Counted from the first letter of the stretch, positions 36,854 to 49,515 are shown. The stretch: DNA of 49,648 nucleotides from an uncultured Candidatus Saccharibacteria bacterium (GCA_964636435.1 CAZWRS010000005.1:1-49648); one strand, 5' to 3'. The notes: generated by a model not told the origin, from the sequence alone. A program made the numbers and translations.

Positions 36854-38120
36854 GATGCCCCCAGAGCTTGGCTTTTCGCTTGAGCCAATACTCATCCTGC
36901 CGAACGAGCTGGTCGGCGTCTGCCGGATCAGCTAGTAAACGCTTGACCGCTTCTTCGGCGAATACCCCATTTTGTGAGCCCTTGGCAAGTATCAGCGCGC
37001 CGTCCTGCAGCACTTTCTCAATCTCCTGCGCGGCGAGATAGGGGTCTTCAACCCGCACAACCTTGCAGCCCTCTCTGGCTGCCGCCTCAGCCAGGTACTT
37101 ATTCGCATCCGTCCCGAGCGTCACCACCAGATCGAGCTGCTTCGGATCACAGTACGCCCCCACTGCTCGATGCGCTTCAGCCGAAAAATCACCTAACTCG
37201 TTCATATTGCCGAGTAGAGCGATTTTCTGCGGCGCTTCAGCAGCATAGAGGGTGTCTAGGGCAGCGCGGACAGCCTCTGGACTAGCGTTGTAGGTATCAT
37301 CGAGAATGATAGAGTTCTTCACCCCATTTAACCTTTGCATGCGACCCTGGACAGCACGAACGGCCCCGGCACCTCTTGCCAGCTCTGCCCGCTCCATACC
37401 AAGTAAATCACCGACTGCAGCGGCAGCTGTTAAGGAAACCAGCTGAGTCGTTGCGATGCTGCTATGTACACCATCTAGTAGCGCCTTCTTGCGCACGTTT
37501 ACGGTATATTTCAGACCACCCTTCACCGGCTCGACTCCCGCCAACTGGTATGTGGCTGCTGCTCGGGTACCGTACGTTATGAACTCTTCAAGCTCCCTTA
37601 AATAGCGCTGATCACACAGATCGACGTTCACCAGTAGCTTTTCCGACAGTTCGGCAATCGTTAATTCTTCTTTAGCGACAGCATCAATATCCTTAAAGTA
37701 CGTCATGTGCTCCGGGGCGATAGCAGTGAGCACGCCAATGTCAGCCTTGATGTAGTTTTTGAACTGAGCGAGGTTACCGGGGAAATCAGTGCCCAATTCT
37801 ACAACCACCACATCGTACGGATATGGCCGGCGCAGCTGCGATTCGATACGAATAAAAGTCCTCAGCCAGCCCAGCGGACTAAAGATGTGAGGCAGGGGTA
37901 GTCCGAAGAACACCAGCGGAACGCTCACTATGTCGTTGTAGTTTCCCTGCTGCCAGCGAACCTGCATTTTCGTCGCCAGCAGGTTAGCAATGGCAAACTT
38001 GGTACTGGTTTTACCAACACTACCAGCGATTGCAACGAGCTTAAAGTCTGCCTTCTGCCGCAAACGTCGCACCTGCCACCCGAGGACAGTTGCTATTGCA
38101 TTTTTGGCAAATCTTTTCAT
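36846..38120 (-). CDS. murF: UDP-MurNAc-tripeptide--D-Ala-D-Ala ligase
   Basis: IAGSVGKTSTK P-loop, GNYN, ELG, EHM, GRM, DDTYNASP, LGNMNELG, AKGS. Confidence 0.9.
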   Translation of the reverse strand: MKRFAKNAIATVLGWQVRRLRQKADFKLVAIAGSVGKTSTKFAIANLLATKMQVRWQQGNYNDIVSVPLVFFGLPLPHIFSPLGWLRTFIRIESQLRRPYPYDVVVVELGTDFPGNLAQFKNYIKADIGVLTAIAPEHMTYFKDIDAVAKEELTIAELSEKLLVNVDLCDQRYLRELEEFITYGTRAAATYQLAGVEPVKGGLKYTVNVRKKALLDGVHSSIATTQLVSLTAAAAVGDLLGMERAELARGAGAVRAVQGRMQRLNGVKNSIILDDTYNASPEAVRAALDTLYAAEAPQKIALLGNMNELGDFSAEAHRAVGAYCDPKQLDLVVTLGTDANKYLAEAAAREGCKVVRVEDPYLAAQEIEKVLQDGALILAKGSQNGVFAEEAVKRLLADPADADQLVRQDEYWLKRKAKLWGHHG

Positions 38121-38145
38121 TGACGCTTGTTAGGTATCGAAACTA

Positions 38146-39054
38146 CTACTCTTGAATTGACTGGAGCTTGGCCTGTAGCTCCTCGAGCGGGATTGACTCT
38201 TGGGGTGGCTCAATATTGTGGATTACGCCGTAGCCGCTCAGTCGTTCTGTGGTGCCACTCGGGTCAGCCACCGCAATGATGTGCTGGCCCCAGACATCAA
38301 CCGTCAATTTGAACGTCTCGGCTGGCATACCCTGGAACTGCGCAGGATCTAGCCCTTCAAGCTGCTGGATGTCGGCAATTTCGCCGTACCGCTTGATGAA
38401 TTTATAGAAGGCTACCGGGTTAACCTGTACATCGTAGACGTACACCGGACGGCCATTTTCAGTCTTGCGCTCGACTTTTGCCTGATCGAAGGTATACACA
38501 TTCTCATCACGTACAATCTGCATGAGCGATTGCCGATCATGGGCGTTGAAATTACCCGATGGCACGACGCCTGACAACAGCGCCATCTGTAGTTGGCCCA
38601 ACTGACCGGTTGGCGCAGCCGGGCTCTTGCCCCACACATTAATGAGCTCATCAAAGTTAAGCGCTTCACCCGCCTCGTTCTTCTGATCAGTTTCAATCTT
38701 AGTCCAACGAACATATTCGGCGTCCCGGGTATTGATAGCCTCGGTCTGCACGGTGGTGCCGCCTTCATCAGTTCCGCTCGATTGGGTCGTGAACGAGCGC
38801 GTCTTTATTTCTGGCGAGACGACTAGCTCCATGGCCTGCTCAGAACCGTCAAATGCCACCTGTCGAGTCACGCTACGTGTGCGCAAGCTATTTTCAACCG
38901 CACCGTACAGTACCCGCTCAGGGTTACTGCGCACCTGACGCCACCACATCAAGCCACTGATTACAAAGATTATTATCGCCAGGCCGAGCAGCAACCGGGT
39001 GAGTTGCTTAGGCTGGATGCCACCCTTCTGTAGGATATGTGAAGTTTTGCTCAT
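38146..39054 (-). CDS. TM-anchored hypothetical protein, similar in layout to 8533-10026
   Basis: TM segment LLLGLAIIIFVISGLMWW followed by SNPERVLYGAVENSL and beta-rich patterns. Confidence 0.72.
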   Translation of the reverse strand: MSKTSHILQKGGIQPKQLTRLLLGLAIIIFVISGLMWWRQVRSNPERVLYGAVENSLRTRSVTRQVAFDGSEQAMELVVSPEIKTRSFTTQSSGTDEGGTTVQTEAINTRDAEYVRWTKIETDQKNEAGEALNFDELINVWGKSPAAPTGQLGQLQMALLSGVVPSGNFNAHDRQSLMQIVRDENVYTFDQAKVERKTENGRPVYVYDVQVNPVAFYKFIKRYGEIADIQQLEGLDPAQFQGMPAETFKLTVDVWGQHIIAVADPSGTTERLSGYGVIHNIEPPQESIPLEELQAKLQSIQE

Positions 39055-39112
39055 TGCTTTATTGTAACAGGTTCACTTATGCCGCGCACATGCTATAATA
39101 TGCAATCGAAAT

Positions 39113-39188
39113 GGGGATATAGCTCAGCTGATAGAGCGCTTCGCTGGCAGCGAAGAGGTCCGGGGTTTGAATCCCCGTATCTCCACCA
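39113..39188 (+). tRNA. tRNA-Ala (GGC)
   Basis: GGGGATA acceptor stem, anticodon arm CTTCG-CTGGCAG-CGAAG, CCA encoded; TGcTATAAT promoter upstream. Confidence 0.96.
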
Positions 39189-39197
39189 CATAATGAG

Positions 39198-39227
39198 ACC
39201 CATCGGCTGATGGGTTTTATTATTTTT
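39198..39227 (+). terminator. Terminator after tRNA-Ala
   Basis: ACCCATC-GGCT-GATGGGT followed by a T-rich tail. Confidence 0.7.
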
Positions 39228-39303
39228 CCAGTGTGTCATTTTTCATTTCACCGGTCAGTACCTTAGTGCTACCCTACCCCTTACCGTAAGGAGGAGCCAT
39301 AGT

Positions 39304-39681
39304 ATGGCAAAACAGTATGATTTTTCCGGCATCTGGCACACTGTCTATGATTACACCAGTAGCGCTAGGCCGGGTCATTTCAAAAGTGAGTACGATGTCC
39401 GCATCCACAGTGTCGGCAACCAGGTTATTATGCAAAGCGTCCCGAATGATTATGGCGACTACATACTGCTGCGCCTCACCCAGCACGACAGAATCCTGAC
39501 CGGTACCTGGTTCGAGCAAACGTCACCGAAAGGCCCGTATAAAGGTGTAGCCTATTACGGCGCAATCCAACTCATTATCAGTGAGGACGGTAATAGTATG
39601 CAGGGTAAGTGGGTCGGCTTCGATCGACAAATGAATGTACGAAGCGACAACTGGCAGCTCACCCGCACCGATAAAAAATAA
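39304..39681 (+). CDS. Hypothetical beta-barrel protein
   Basis: TAAGGAGG SD (39287-39294); DFSGIWHTVY...LTGTW...GAIQL...M.GKWVG pattern. Confidence 0.72.
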   Translation: MAKQYDFSGIWHTVYDYTSSARPGHFKSEYDVRIHSVGNQVIMQSVPNDYGDYILLRLTQHDRILTGTWFEQTSPKGPYKGVAYYGAIQLIISEDGNSMQGKWVGFDRQMNVRSDNWQLTRTDKK

Positions 39682-39817
39682 CCGTCCTGCTATTTTGGCA
39701 GAACGGCTACTCATTCGTGCGCGCCCACCCTGCGGCGGGTGAACGCTCAATTTTGTTTTGATTGTTTATTTTCGCCGCATTATGCGCACGATTACTACTA
39801 AGCTTAACCTTTTTTAC

Positions 39818-42825
<3,008 letters not shown>

Positions 42826-42852
42826 GTCCGGTCCTTATAAATAATGCTACTA

Positions 42853-43728
42853 CTATCTATGAAAGCCTAGGCTGCGCAATCGCGACACCCGCTCCTCAAC
42901 CGGCGGGTGAGTGCTAAACAGCGCTGATAGACTTTTGCCTTTCAGAGGGTTCGCAAAGAACAAGTGAGCCGTCGATGCATTTTGCCGGCGCATACTGCTA
43001 CCGTACGCACCGATCTTCTCTAGGGCACTTGCTAGCCCCTCCGGATGCCGGGTGGTCTCCGCACCGGTCGCGTCAGCCAGGTACTCACGTTGACGAGAAA
43101 TTGCCAGCTGGATGAAACTGGCAATAATGGGTGTCAATATGGCTGCCACCAAGCCAATTAGCATAAACATACCGCTACTGCTATTGCTGTTCCGGTCACG
43201 GAAGAACGTCATGCGCAAAATAATATCAGCAAGAATACTGACAACCGCTACCAGTGCGAAAGCAATCATCGACACTCGGATGTCGTAATTTTTAACGTGC
43301 CCCATCTCGTGCGCCATCACCCCTTCCAACTCAGTGTCTGTCATGATATCCAGAATACCGGTTGTCGCGGCCACTGCGGCATGCTTCGGATCGCGGCCAG
43401 TTGCCATAGCGTTCGGTGCTGGGTCATCAATGATATAGACTTTCGGCATCGGCATACCGTTCGTGATAGCCAGGTTCTCAACAATCCGCCAGAGCCGCGG
43501 ATTGTCACGCTTTTGGATCTCCCGGGCGCCGTTAAAGGCCAGCGCCATCCGTGACCCAGCAAAGTAGCTAATGAGGGCGTACACCGCCGCACCAATCAGC
43601 ACGTAGGGGGTCAATAACGGCTCACCGACATACGCAGCGAACAACCAGGCCAATCCGGCGACAAGCGCCACAAAGAGCAGCATTAACAAAACTGTTTTGC
43701 GCTTATTGGCAGCAATCTCCTTATACAC
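42853..43728 (-). CDS. htpX: M48 zinc metalloprotease HtpX
   Basis: PNAMATGR, HEMGH zinc motif, SRQREYLAD, THPP. Confidence 0.95.
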   Translation of the reverse strand: MYKEIAANKRKTVLLMLLFVALVAGLAWLFAAYVGEPLLTPYVLIGAAVYALISYFAGSRMALAFNGAREIQKRDNPRLWRIVENLAITNGMPMPKVYIIDDPAPNAMATGRDPKHAAVAATTGILDIMTDTELEGVMAHEMGHVKNYDIRVSMIAFALVAVVSILADIILRMTFFRDRNSNSSSGMFMLIGLVAAILTPIIASFIQLAISRQREYLADATGAETTRHPEGLASALEKIGAYGSSMRRQNASTAHLFFANPLKGKSLSALFSTHPPVEERVSRLRSLGFHR

Positions 43729-43759
43729 TCGTAACTATTCCTCCAGCTTGGTGCATTAC

Positions 43760-44317
43760 TTAGAAGCTGACTTCTGTGGGCTGGGAGATAGTGGCCATCT
43801 CTGCCTCCTCGACCTCAAAAAACTCGCGCTCCTTGAAGCCAAACATGCCAGCAAAGATGTTGTATGGCACCGTCTTGACCTTGATGTTCAAATCACGCAC
43901 CGATCCGTTATAGAAACGGCGAGCAGCCTGAATCTTGTCTTCAGTATCTACCAGCTCGTCTTGCAGCTGTTTGAAATTCTCATTAGCCTTCAAGTCAGGG
44001 TATGCTTCAGCAACGGCAAACAAGCTCTTCAGCGCACCGGTCAGCATGTTCTCGGCATCAGCCGTTTCCTGCACGCCCTCAGCGTTGACGACAGCTGCAC
44101 GCGCCTGGGTGACCTCTTCGAACACGCCGCTTTCATGCTTCGCATAGCCCTTCACTGTGTTGACTAGATTTGGAATTAAGTCAGCCCGACGCTTCAATTG
44201 AACAGTAATATCACTCCAGGCTTCGTCAACGCGGATGTTAGACCGTACCAGCGTGTTATAGATGACAATCAGCGCGATAACGACTACTGCAATTAATCCG
44301 ATAATAATCCATGTCAT
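43760..44317 (-). CDS. lemA: LemA family protein
   Basis: YNTLV...[36 protein letters not shown]. Confidence 0.96.
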   Translation of the reverse strand: MTWIIIGLIAVVVIALIVIYNTLVRSNIRVDEAWSDITVQLKRRADLIPNLVNTVKGYAKHESGVFEEVTQARAAVVNAEGVQETADAENMLTGALKSLFAVAEAYPDLKANENFKQLQDELVDTEDKIQAARRFYNGSVRDLNIKVKTVPYNIFAGMFGFKEREFFEVEEAEMATISQPTEVSF

Positions 44318-44423
44318 ATCTGTAGTTTTTCCTCTATTATTTACTCTTTTAGTATAGCATTACAGCTGGTATTTTCAGACAATTTTATTTTTGCAATCGG
44401 TAGGACTGAGCTCAGAAACCAGC

Positions 44424-45386
44424 TCAGCCAACACCTGCAAAAGCTATCTGCGAAGCTGGCACCAGAGTTGGCGCAACATATGGCAGCGGCGGGGGCGCCG
44501 TCAACGCTGTCGACTGACTTGCAGCAATGACCGGCTCGATGCCCGAGTAAATGGCATTGCCGAGGGCAGCAACAAAATTTGGTGTGGTATCGGCAGTAAC
44601 GAGTAAGCCAAGGTAATATACGCCAGTGTAGGTCGTAACGTGCGGCGATTGCAGCGCGAGCGTCTTTAAAGAGTTAGCGGGCCAAGGGTTGGTGGTATCA
44701 TTTTCAGTCACCGCAACTGCAGTCCGCCCTGCATCAAACAGGCCGAACCACTGATTGGTCGGAGCCACCGCCGCGCGCGACGCCGACAAGAAAGAGATAT
44801 TTTGCACTCGAAAACCTTTTGGTAACTCAATTGCGGCTAGGTATAACCTGCCGGATGTCGCAATGATATCCTGGATACTGGCATTGGACATGCGGGGTAT
44901 CGTACTGTACTTCATTGGTGACGGCAGGAGTGATGTCCGATCGTGTGCATTCAGGCCACGGTCCTGAATTTCGGTACGCCGGGCCTCAGATTGTACATAA
45001 CTCAGTGATCCGCGCAAGTTACGTGCCACCAACACTCGACAGGCCGCATCGGCTACAATTGTCGTTGACGGTGCCATACCCGTAACACCCTCAATCAGTA
45101 CGCTGTCACAATTCTCAAATTGCATAGCCGTTGCCAGGCTACCATAATCACCTATGTTGCAGTCTACGACTGTGACGTCATCAACGCCTTTCACGAGCAG
45201 CGGTGCCGCCAACGCTCCATTATTATTCACAGTGTTTGCGGATGGTGAAGCGATATTACAACCTTCGACACGCAATGAGCGGTGGCGATTGCTATTAACA
45301 TTATTATCCACCAAAATAGCCGAGCCAAGCGAGCTTAAGGAAGTGTTTACTAAAATTGAAGGGTTGAACCTTTTTCTAAAATCCAA
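44424..45386 (-). pseudogene. Phage tail fibre/tailspike-like fragment (beta-helix plus C-terminal jelly-roll-like domain), probably N-terminally truncated
   Basis: Beta-helix-like Asn/Val/Gly-rich repeats, then SGRLYLAAIELP...NISF.S...PTNQWFGLFD...YLGL. No credible ATG/SD; the open frame runs back into tRNA-Leu. Confidence 0.55.
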
Positions 45387-45460
45387 AAAGGCGCAACCTA
45401 CGGCTGCCCAAACTGTTTCTCCCCCTCTGAAAAATCCTTGGCTTGCGCTCCGCGCAACCA

Positions 45461-45485
45461 AAGAAAAAACGGCGCATTTGCGCCG
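45461..45485 (-). terminator. Terminator of the tRNA-Cys/tRNA-Leu transcript
   Basis: CGGCGC-4 nt-GCGCCG followed on the minus strand by TTTTTTCTT. Confidence 0.7.
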
Positions 45486-45508
45486 CAATTCCAATTTTTG
45501 TACTTTCT

Positions 45509-45597
45509 TGGTGCGCGGGGCGGGACTTGAACCCGCAAGCCTTGTTAAGGGCAACAGATTTTAAGTCTGTCGTGTATACCAATTCCACCACCCGCGC
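45509..45597 (-). tRNA. tRNA-Leu (TAA)
   Basis: GCGCGGG acceptor, ACAGA-CTTAAAA-TCTGT anticodon arm, long variable arm, GGTTCAAGTCC, CCA end. Confidence 0.96.
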
Positions 45598-45601
45598 ATG
45601 C

Positions 45602-45675
45602 TGGAGGTGCGTACGGGTAACGCTCCCGTCTTCCAGGTTTTGCAGACCTGTGCCTAACTTCTCGGCCAACGCACC
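45602..45675 (-). tRNA. tRNA-Cys (GCA) with non-canonical D and T loops
   Basis: GGTGCGT/ACGCACC acceptor, U discriminator, CAGGT-CTGCAAA-ACCTG anticodon arm, T arm ACGGG-AGCGTTA-CCCGT, CCA; TGaTATAAT upstream. Confidence 0.9.
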
Positions 45676-45701
45676 ATTTCGCTGTTGATTATATCAGATT
45701 A

Positions 45702-46289
45702 CTAGTATCGCTTGCGCGGCGTGGTTTTGACAATACCTGTTTCGGTATCAATATCCACTGCTTCATAATCCAACGCATCAAGACCAAATTGCACGACTGC
45801 CAGTCGGCCGGTTGCCCATGGCACGCCCAATTGGTTCGCCTGCCAGGGGTTGCTAGTTGTATCCAGTACACCCGCAACATAACGGACGCGCCCGTCCTGA
45901 TGCGTGATCGCTAACAAACCTTCGTCACGAATACTGCCGCTATCTTTATCGACAGACGCTTTGCTCGACGGTCCTATCATCACCTGCTGCGTATCAGCAT
46001 GCAGTAATCGGACGTGGTCAACGATGATCAGCTCGCCAGGGCCCACCTCTACAACGCCGGCGTCGTTTTGCTGTGGAATCCGACCATTGATGAGCATTTG
46101 ACCGAGCGGCGCCTCCAGGCGGCGGATGTTTAGCTCATCAAGCTGAACATCGCCCCTTTCGACAGCCGGTAAAAAGGGAGCATAGGGCCGATCGGGGACC
46201 CTGTCTGGTAAACTTAAAAACGGCCGTAGTAATTCGCTCATAATACATGTGCCGCCTGTTTGCTCTGAGGACGAGCAAGCCATAGGCAA
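45702..46289 (-). CDS. Hypothetical protein (true start may be the ATG at 46283 or 46241)
   Basis: Long open frame with globular composition and no recognised motif. Confidence 0.6.
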   Translation of the reverse strand: MPMACSSSEQTGGTCIMSELLRPFLSLPDRVPDRPYAPFLPAVERGDVQLDELNIRRLEAPLGQMLINGRIPQQNDAGVVEVGPGELIIVDHVRLLHADTQQVMIGPSSKASVDKDSGSIRDEGLLAITHQDGRVRYVAGVLDTTSNPWQANQLGVPWATGRLAVVQFGLDALDYEAVDIDTETGIVKTTPRKRY

Positions 46290-46845
46290 ACTATTATTAT
46301 ATAATATTAAGCAATTATTTCATTCCAACTTGTCCCCAGGCACACTATCTTTCGCTAGCCTCCCTGCTCATCGTCCGCATGCTTTACTACTAGCTGTCTA
46401 GTAAACGCATATGATTTCAAACTTACCCGCCGATACCCAAGCTATCGTATTTTACTTTTCTCTGTTATTTTCTTCTTATTTTTCCTCCTTTTTATATATA
46501 TAAATATAGAAGAGAAATATGAAGCGAGTGATGAATCGACATGTATACCTGTAATGGTGTGTGTATGGTGTGCTGTATAGGCAGTGCTAGAAGTAGGTCA
46601 GTAGGTGGTTATAGTCTCGTATAGTCGACATGGGCATTAGAGTTAATGGATAGCTCCATGAACAAGCCTGAAGCTGGCCACGTAAACAAAGCTACGTGCT
46701 GCGAATTATTGAACAACCAGCAACTTAGCACCCGAGCCACCTGACACGCAAATATCCCCAATCTTCGCCGGGAGCTTTGAAGTAGCGCAGAAGCCGGCTT
46801 TTCTCTATAATAGGCAGTTAGTAACCAACTATAGGCAGAGAAGCC

Positions 46846-48600
46846 ATGCTTTTGTGGCAAAAATCAAAAAGAAAAAAACGACGATCATCCCGTGTCGCCT
46901 TTAGGCCAGGCGCACCCCATAAGGCCGGCGCCTTCGTACTGGCATTCGCCGCCATTGGCGGTGTGTTCATGCTCTTCTCTACCAAAGCAGCCATCCCCTA
47001 TGTGCCCGACACACAGCACCGGGCCACGTGTGTCGAGAATAGCCCGAGCAAGACCGTCGTGCGGCCGGGCGAACAATTTACCGCCAGAATACGCATCCGC
47101 AATACGGGCACCTCAACATACCATCCTGATTTCGCCGTCTACCTGGAAGAACTGAGAGAAGGTGGCCGTATCTGGAACGCTTCTGGCACCAACCTAAGTC
47201 AACCTGTCGGACCTAATGGTATCGCGACCTTTAATCTTTCGATGCGCGCACCAAGCACCCCTGGCACTTACAGCTTTAACTGGGGTATTGCGATTGCCAT
47301 GAAAGGCTTTATGCGTAACCCCTGTACCGGCAAAACGATACGGGTCATGAATCCGCCGTCCGTGACGCTGCAAGCCAACAACCAGAACAAGAACATCTCT
47401 ATCACCCGAGGCGGCAACCTCACGCTGCAGTGGTCAGCGAGCAACAGTCCCTCGAACTGCACCGCCTCTGGTAGCTGGAGTGGCGGCAAGCCAGCCAGCG
47501 GTAGCGAAAACCGCGCCGGTGATGCCCGCAGCGCCGGTACGCGAACCTACCGCTTGACCTGCTCAAATGCGGTCGGCTCCAGCTCAGCCACACGAACGGT
47601 AACGGTAAATAACCCGCCCGCACCGGCCCCGCAGCCACGGCCGTCGCCGCCCCCTGCCGGGCCCGCGCCCGCGCGGCCATCACAACCGCGGGCCAACCCA
47701 TCACCCGCGCCTTCTTCACCACGGACACCACCACGCACCTCACCGGCCGATAATGACAGCCCGGAGCCCGTCAGTGTGCCCGAACCGCAACCGCCCATCA
47801 CCCTATCGGCTCTGGCAGTCGGCGATTCAACCGTTCGCCTGACATGGGGCAAAGCAGATAACGACAGCAGCACCCATGGCTTTGAGGTGCAGCGCTCAAC
47901 TGACAATAAAGATTGGCAAACACTCCAGGAATACACTACTGACGAAGTGTATATAGACTCGGACGTTCAGTTTGAAACGAAGTACTACTACCGGGTGCGC
48001 TCGATCGGCTGGGAGGATAAGAAATCCAAATTTGCCAACGTTGAAGTCACCACCAACCCATTCACCTCCAACACCAGTGGCAGTGATCTAACGCTGGAAA
48101 GCGAAGACCGACAGATTACAGTCGTCATTCCCGATGCGGCCATCACCGAGGACGCCTTCTGCAGCCTGAGAAACGATCATTCCAAGCCCGCCCCAGAAAT
48201 CAAGAACCATGAGGTTGCCCTCGGCCCCTACGAGGTGCTGTGCAAAACCCGGGACAGCGCCATCATCACTGACTTCAAAGCACCACTCGACGTCTCTGTC
48301 CAAACCGAAGCCGAACCATATATCGCTCTCAAGTTATACGGCTATGATGACAGCTGGACTGAGATTGCCGACATTACGACTGCTGCCGGCAGCCCGCAGG
48401 CAGTTACTACGCCGCATTTCGCTGTGCTGGGCGAAAAAAAATCGAGTCCGCTCATACTGAAAATCGCTATCGGACTGGGTATCGCAGCTGGCACGATAGC
48501 TGGTGGCGTTATCCTGCTCGGGCTACTCGGCCGCTACAAACAGCAGCGAGCCATCAAGAGCAAGCTCGCTGACTACCGCTCCAAAGAGCGGGGCTACTAG
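46846..48600 (+). CDS. Surface protein: NBR1-type Ig-like domain, second Ig-like domain, Pro-rich linker, FN3, C-terminal TM anchor
   Basis: VRPGEQFT.RI.IRNTGT...VGPNG.ATF.L.M.APSTPGTY...W; TYRLTCSNAVG; PxP linker; LTW...F.VQRS...Y.D..V.....YYYRVRS; TM ILKIAIGLGIAAGTIAGGVILLGLL. Confidence 0.8.
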   Translation: MLLWQKSKRKKRRSSRVAFRPGAPHKAGAFVLAFAAIGGVFMLFSTKAAIPYVPDTQHRATCVENSPSKTVVRPGEQFTARIRIRNTGTSTYHPDFAVYLEELREGGRIWNASGTNLSQPVGPNGIATFNLSMRAPSTPGTYSFNWGIAIAMKGFMRNPCTGKTIRVMNPPSVTLQANNQNKNISITRGGNLTLQWSASNSPSNCTASGSWSGGKPASGSENRAGDARSAGTRTYRLTCSNAVGSSSATRTVTVNNPPAPAPQPRPSPPPAGPAPARPSQPRANPSPAPSSPRTPPRTSPADNDSPEPVSVPEPQPPITLSALAVGDSTVRLTWGKADNDSSTHGFEVQRSTDNKDWQTLQEYTTDEVYIDSDVQFETKYYYRVRSIGWEDKKSKFANVEVTTNPFTSNTSGSDLTLESEDRQITVVIPDAAITEDAFCSLRNDHSKPAPEIKNHEVALGPYEVLCKTRDSAIITDFKAPLDVSVQTEAEPYIALKLYGYDDSWTEIADITTAAGSPQAVTTPHFAVLGEKKSSPLILKIAIGLGIAAGTIAGGVILLGLLGRYKQQRAIKSKLADYRSKERGY

Positions 48601-48671
48601 GCCCAGGCCGCGGATTAACGATGTGAACTTTCTTATATCCGCTATCTGCTCGCGTCGCGTATGATGCCCGC

Positions 48672-48980
48672 ATGAGCCTGTACCGCGAACTTCAAAATAT
48701 TGATGGTGAGCGTCTCTTTGACAGCTTTGCTACGAGCGTCCCCGCCCTTGGTGACCCAGCAAGTGAGATTGAAGAACAGACGCGTATACATCTATCTAAA
48801 ATGGAGCACTTTCCATCGATCATGACATACATTCGTGAATACGGCGCCTGGACACTTCGTCAGGTAGAAAATGGCGAGCTCACCCGTCAGGATGCCCAAA
48901 TGCTGCTTATGGGCGCCATGAGTACAGCCGCAGCCCTTGCTGACTACGCTCTCGGAAGACAAAATTCACAAGAGACGTAA
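48672..48980 (+). CDS. Hypothetical helical protein
   Basis: 102-aa ORF; ATG 6 nt after TATGAT. Confidence 0.6.
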   Translation: MSLYRELQNIDGERLFDSFATSVPALGDPASEIEEQTRIHLSKMEHFPSIMTYIREYGAWTLRQVENGELTRQDAQMLLMGAMSTAAALADYALGRQNSQET

Positions 48981-49089
48981 ATGTACATACCCTTTCCACT
49001 CATCCATGACGACCCAACTGACAGCCCATACGGTAGCTCAAAAAAAATCAAAAATACATTACAAGACTGCGAAAAGGGGCAGAGCTATG

Positions 49090-49515
49090 TTAAATTCCCG
49101 TAGCTTTAATAGCCCGGATGAAGAAGCTTAGATCATCCTCATTGATAAACATAGCCTCTGCCTCATCGGGATCAAACCAGCCAGCATCAGTAATTGCCTG
49201 GTCTCGCGGCTGAAGTCTCGTTTGGGCCGTCGTGAAAGCAAACATAGTGATATGCTTTAACTCCTTGTAATTTGGCTTCCCTAGGTGGTCAAACGTTGAA
49301 CGGGTGTATGAGCCGAGATTGGCAATCTTCGTCAAATCTGAAATACCTGTTTCTTCATATATTTCTCGTATTGCAGCCTGAAGTGCATTCTCACCCGGCT
49401 CAAGGTGCCCACGTGGCAATCCCCAATACTCGCCGAACTCCTGTACGAGCAATACTTGGCTATGTTCATTACAGACCAGACCGCCCGCGCTTTTTGACTC
49501 TGGGATTTTATCCAT
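49090..49515 (-). CDS. NUDIX hydrolase
   Basis: Nudix box RGHLEPGENALQAAIREIYEETG. Confidence 0.9.
   Translation of the reverse strand: MDKIPESKSAGGLVCNEHSQVLLVQEFGEYWGLPRGHLEPGENALQAAIREIYEETGISDLTKIANLGSYTRSTFDHLGKPNYKELKHITMFAFTTAQTRLQPRDQAITDAGWFDPDEAEAMFINEDDLSFFIRAIKATGI

Noticed and set aside
44318-44423. attL/attR duplicate of the tRNA-Leu 3' end
   Set aside because: No copy of GGTTCAAGTCCCGCCCCGCGCACCA is visible near lemA, so an intact integrated element is unsupported.
44424-45554. Full 376-aa ORF as listed in the track
   Set aside because: The first ~55 codons run through tRNA-Leu and its terminator; only the downstream part looks protein-like.
46290-46845. Replication origin
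   Set aside because: AT-rich, but I saw no TTATCCACA-type DnaA boxes and no dnaA/dnaN nearby.
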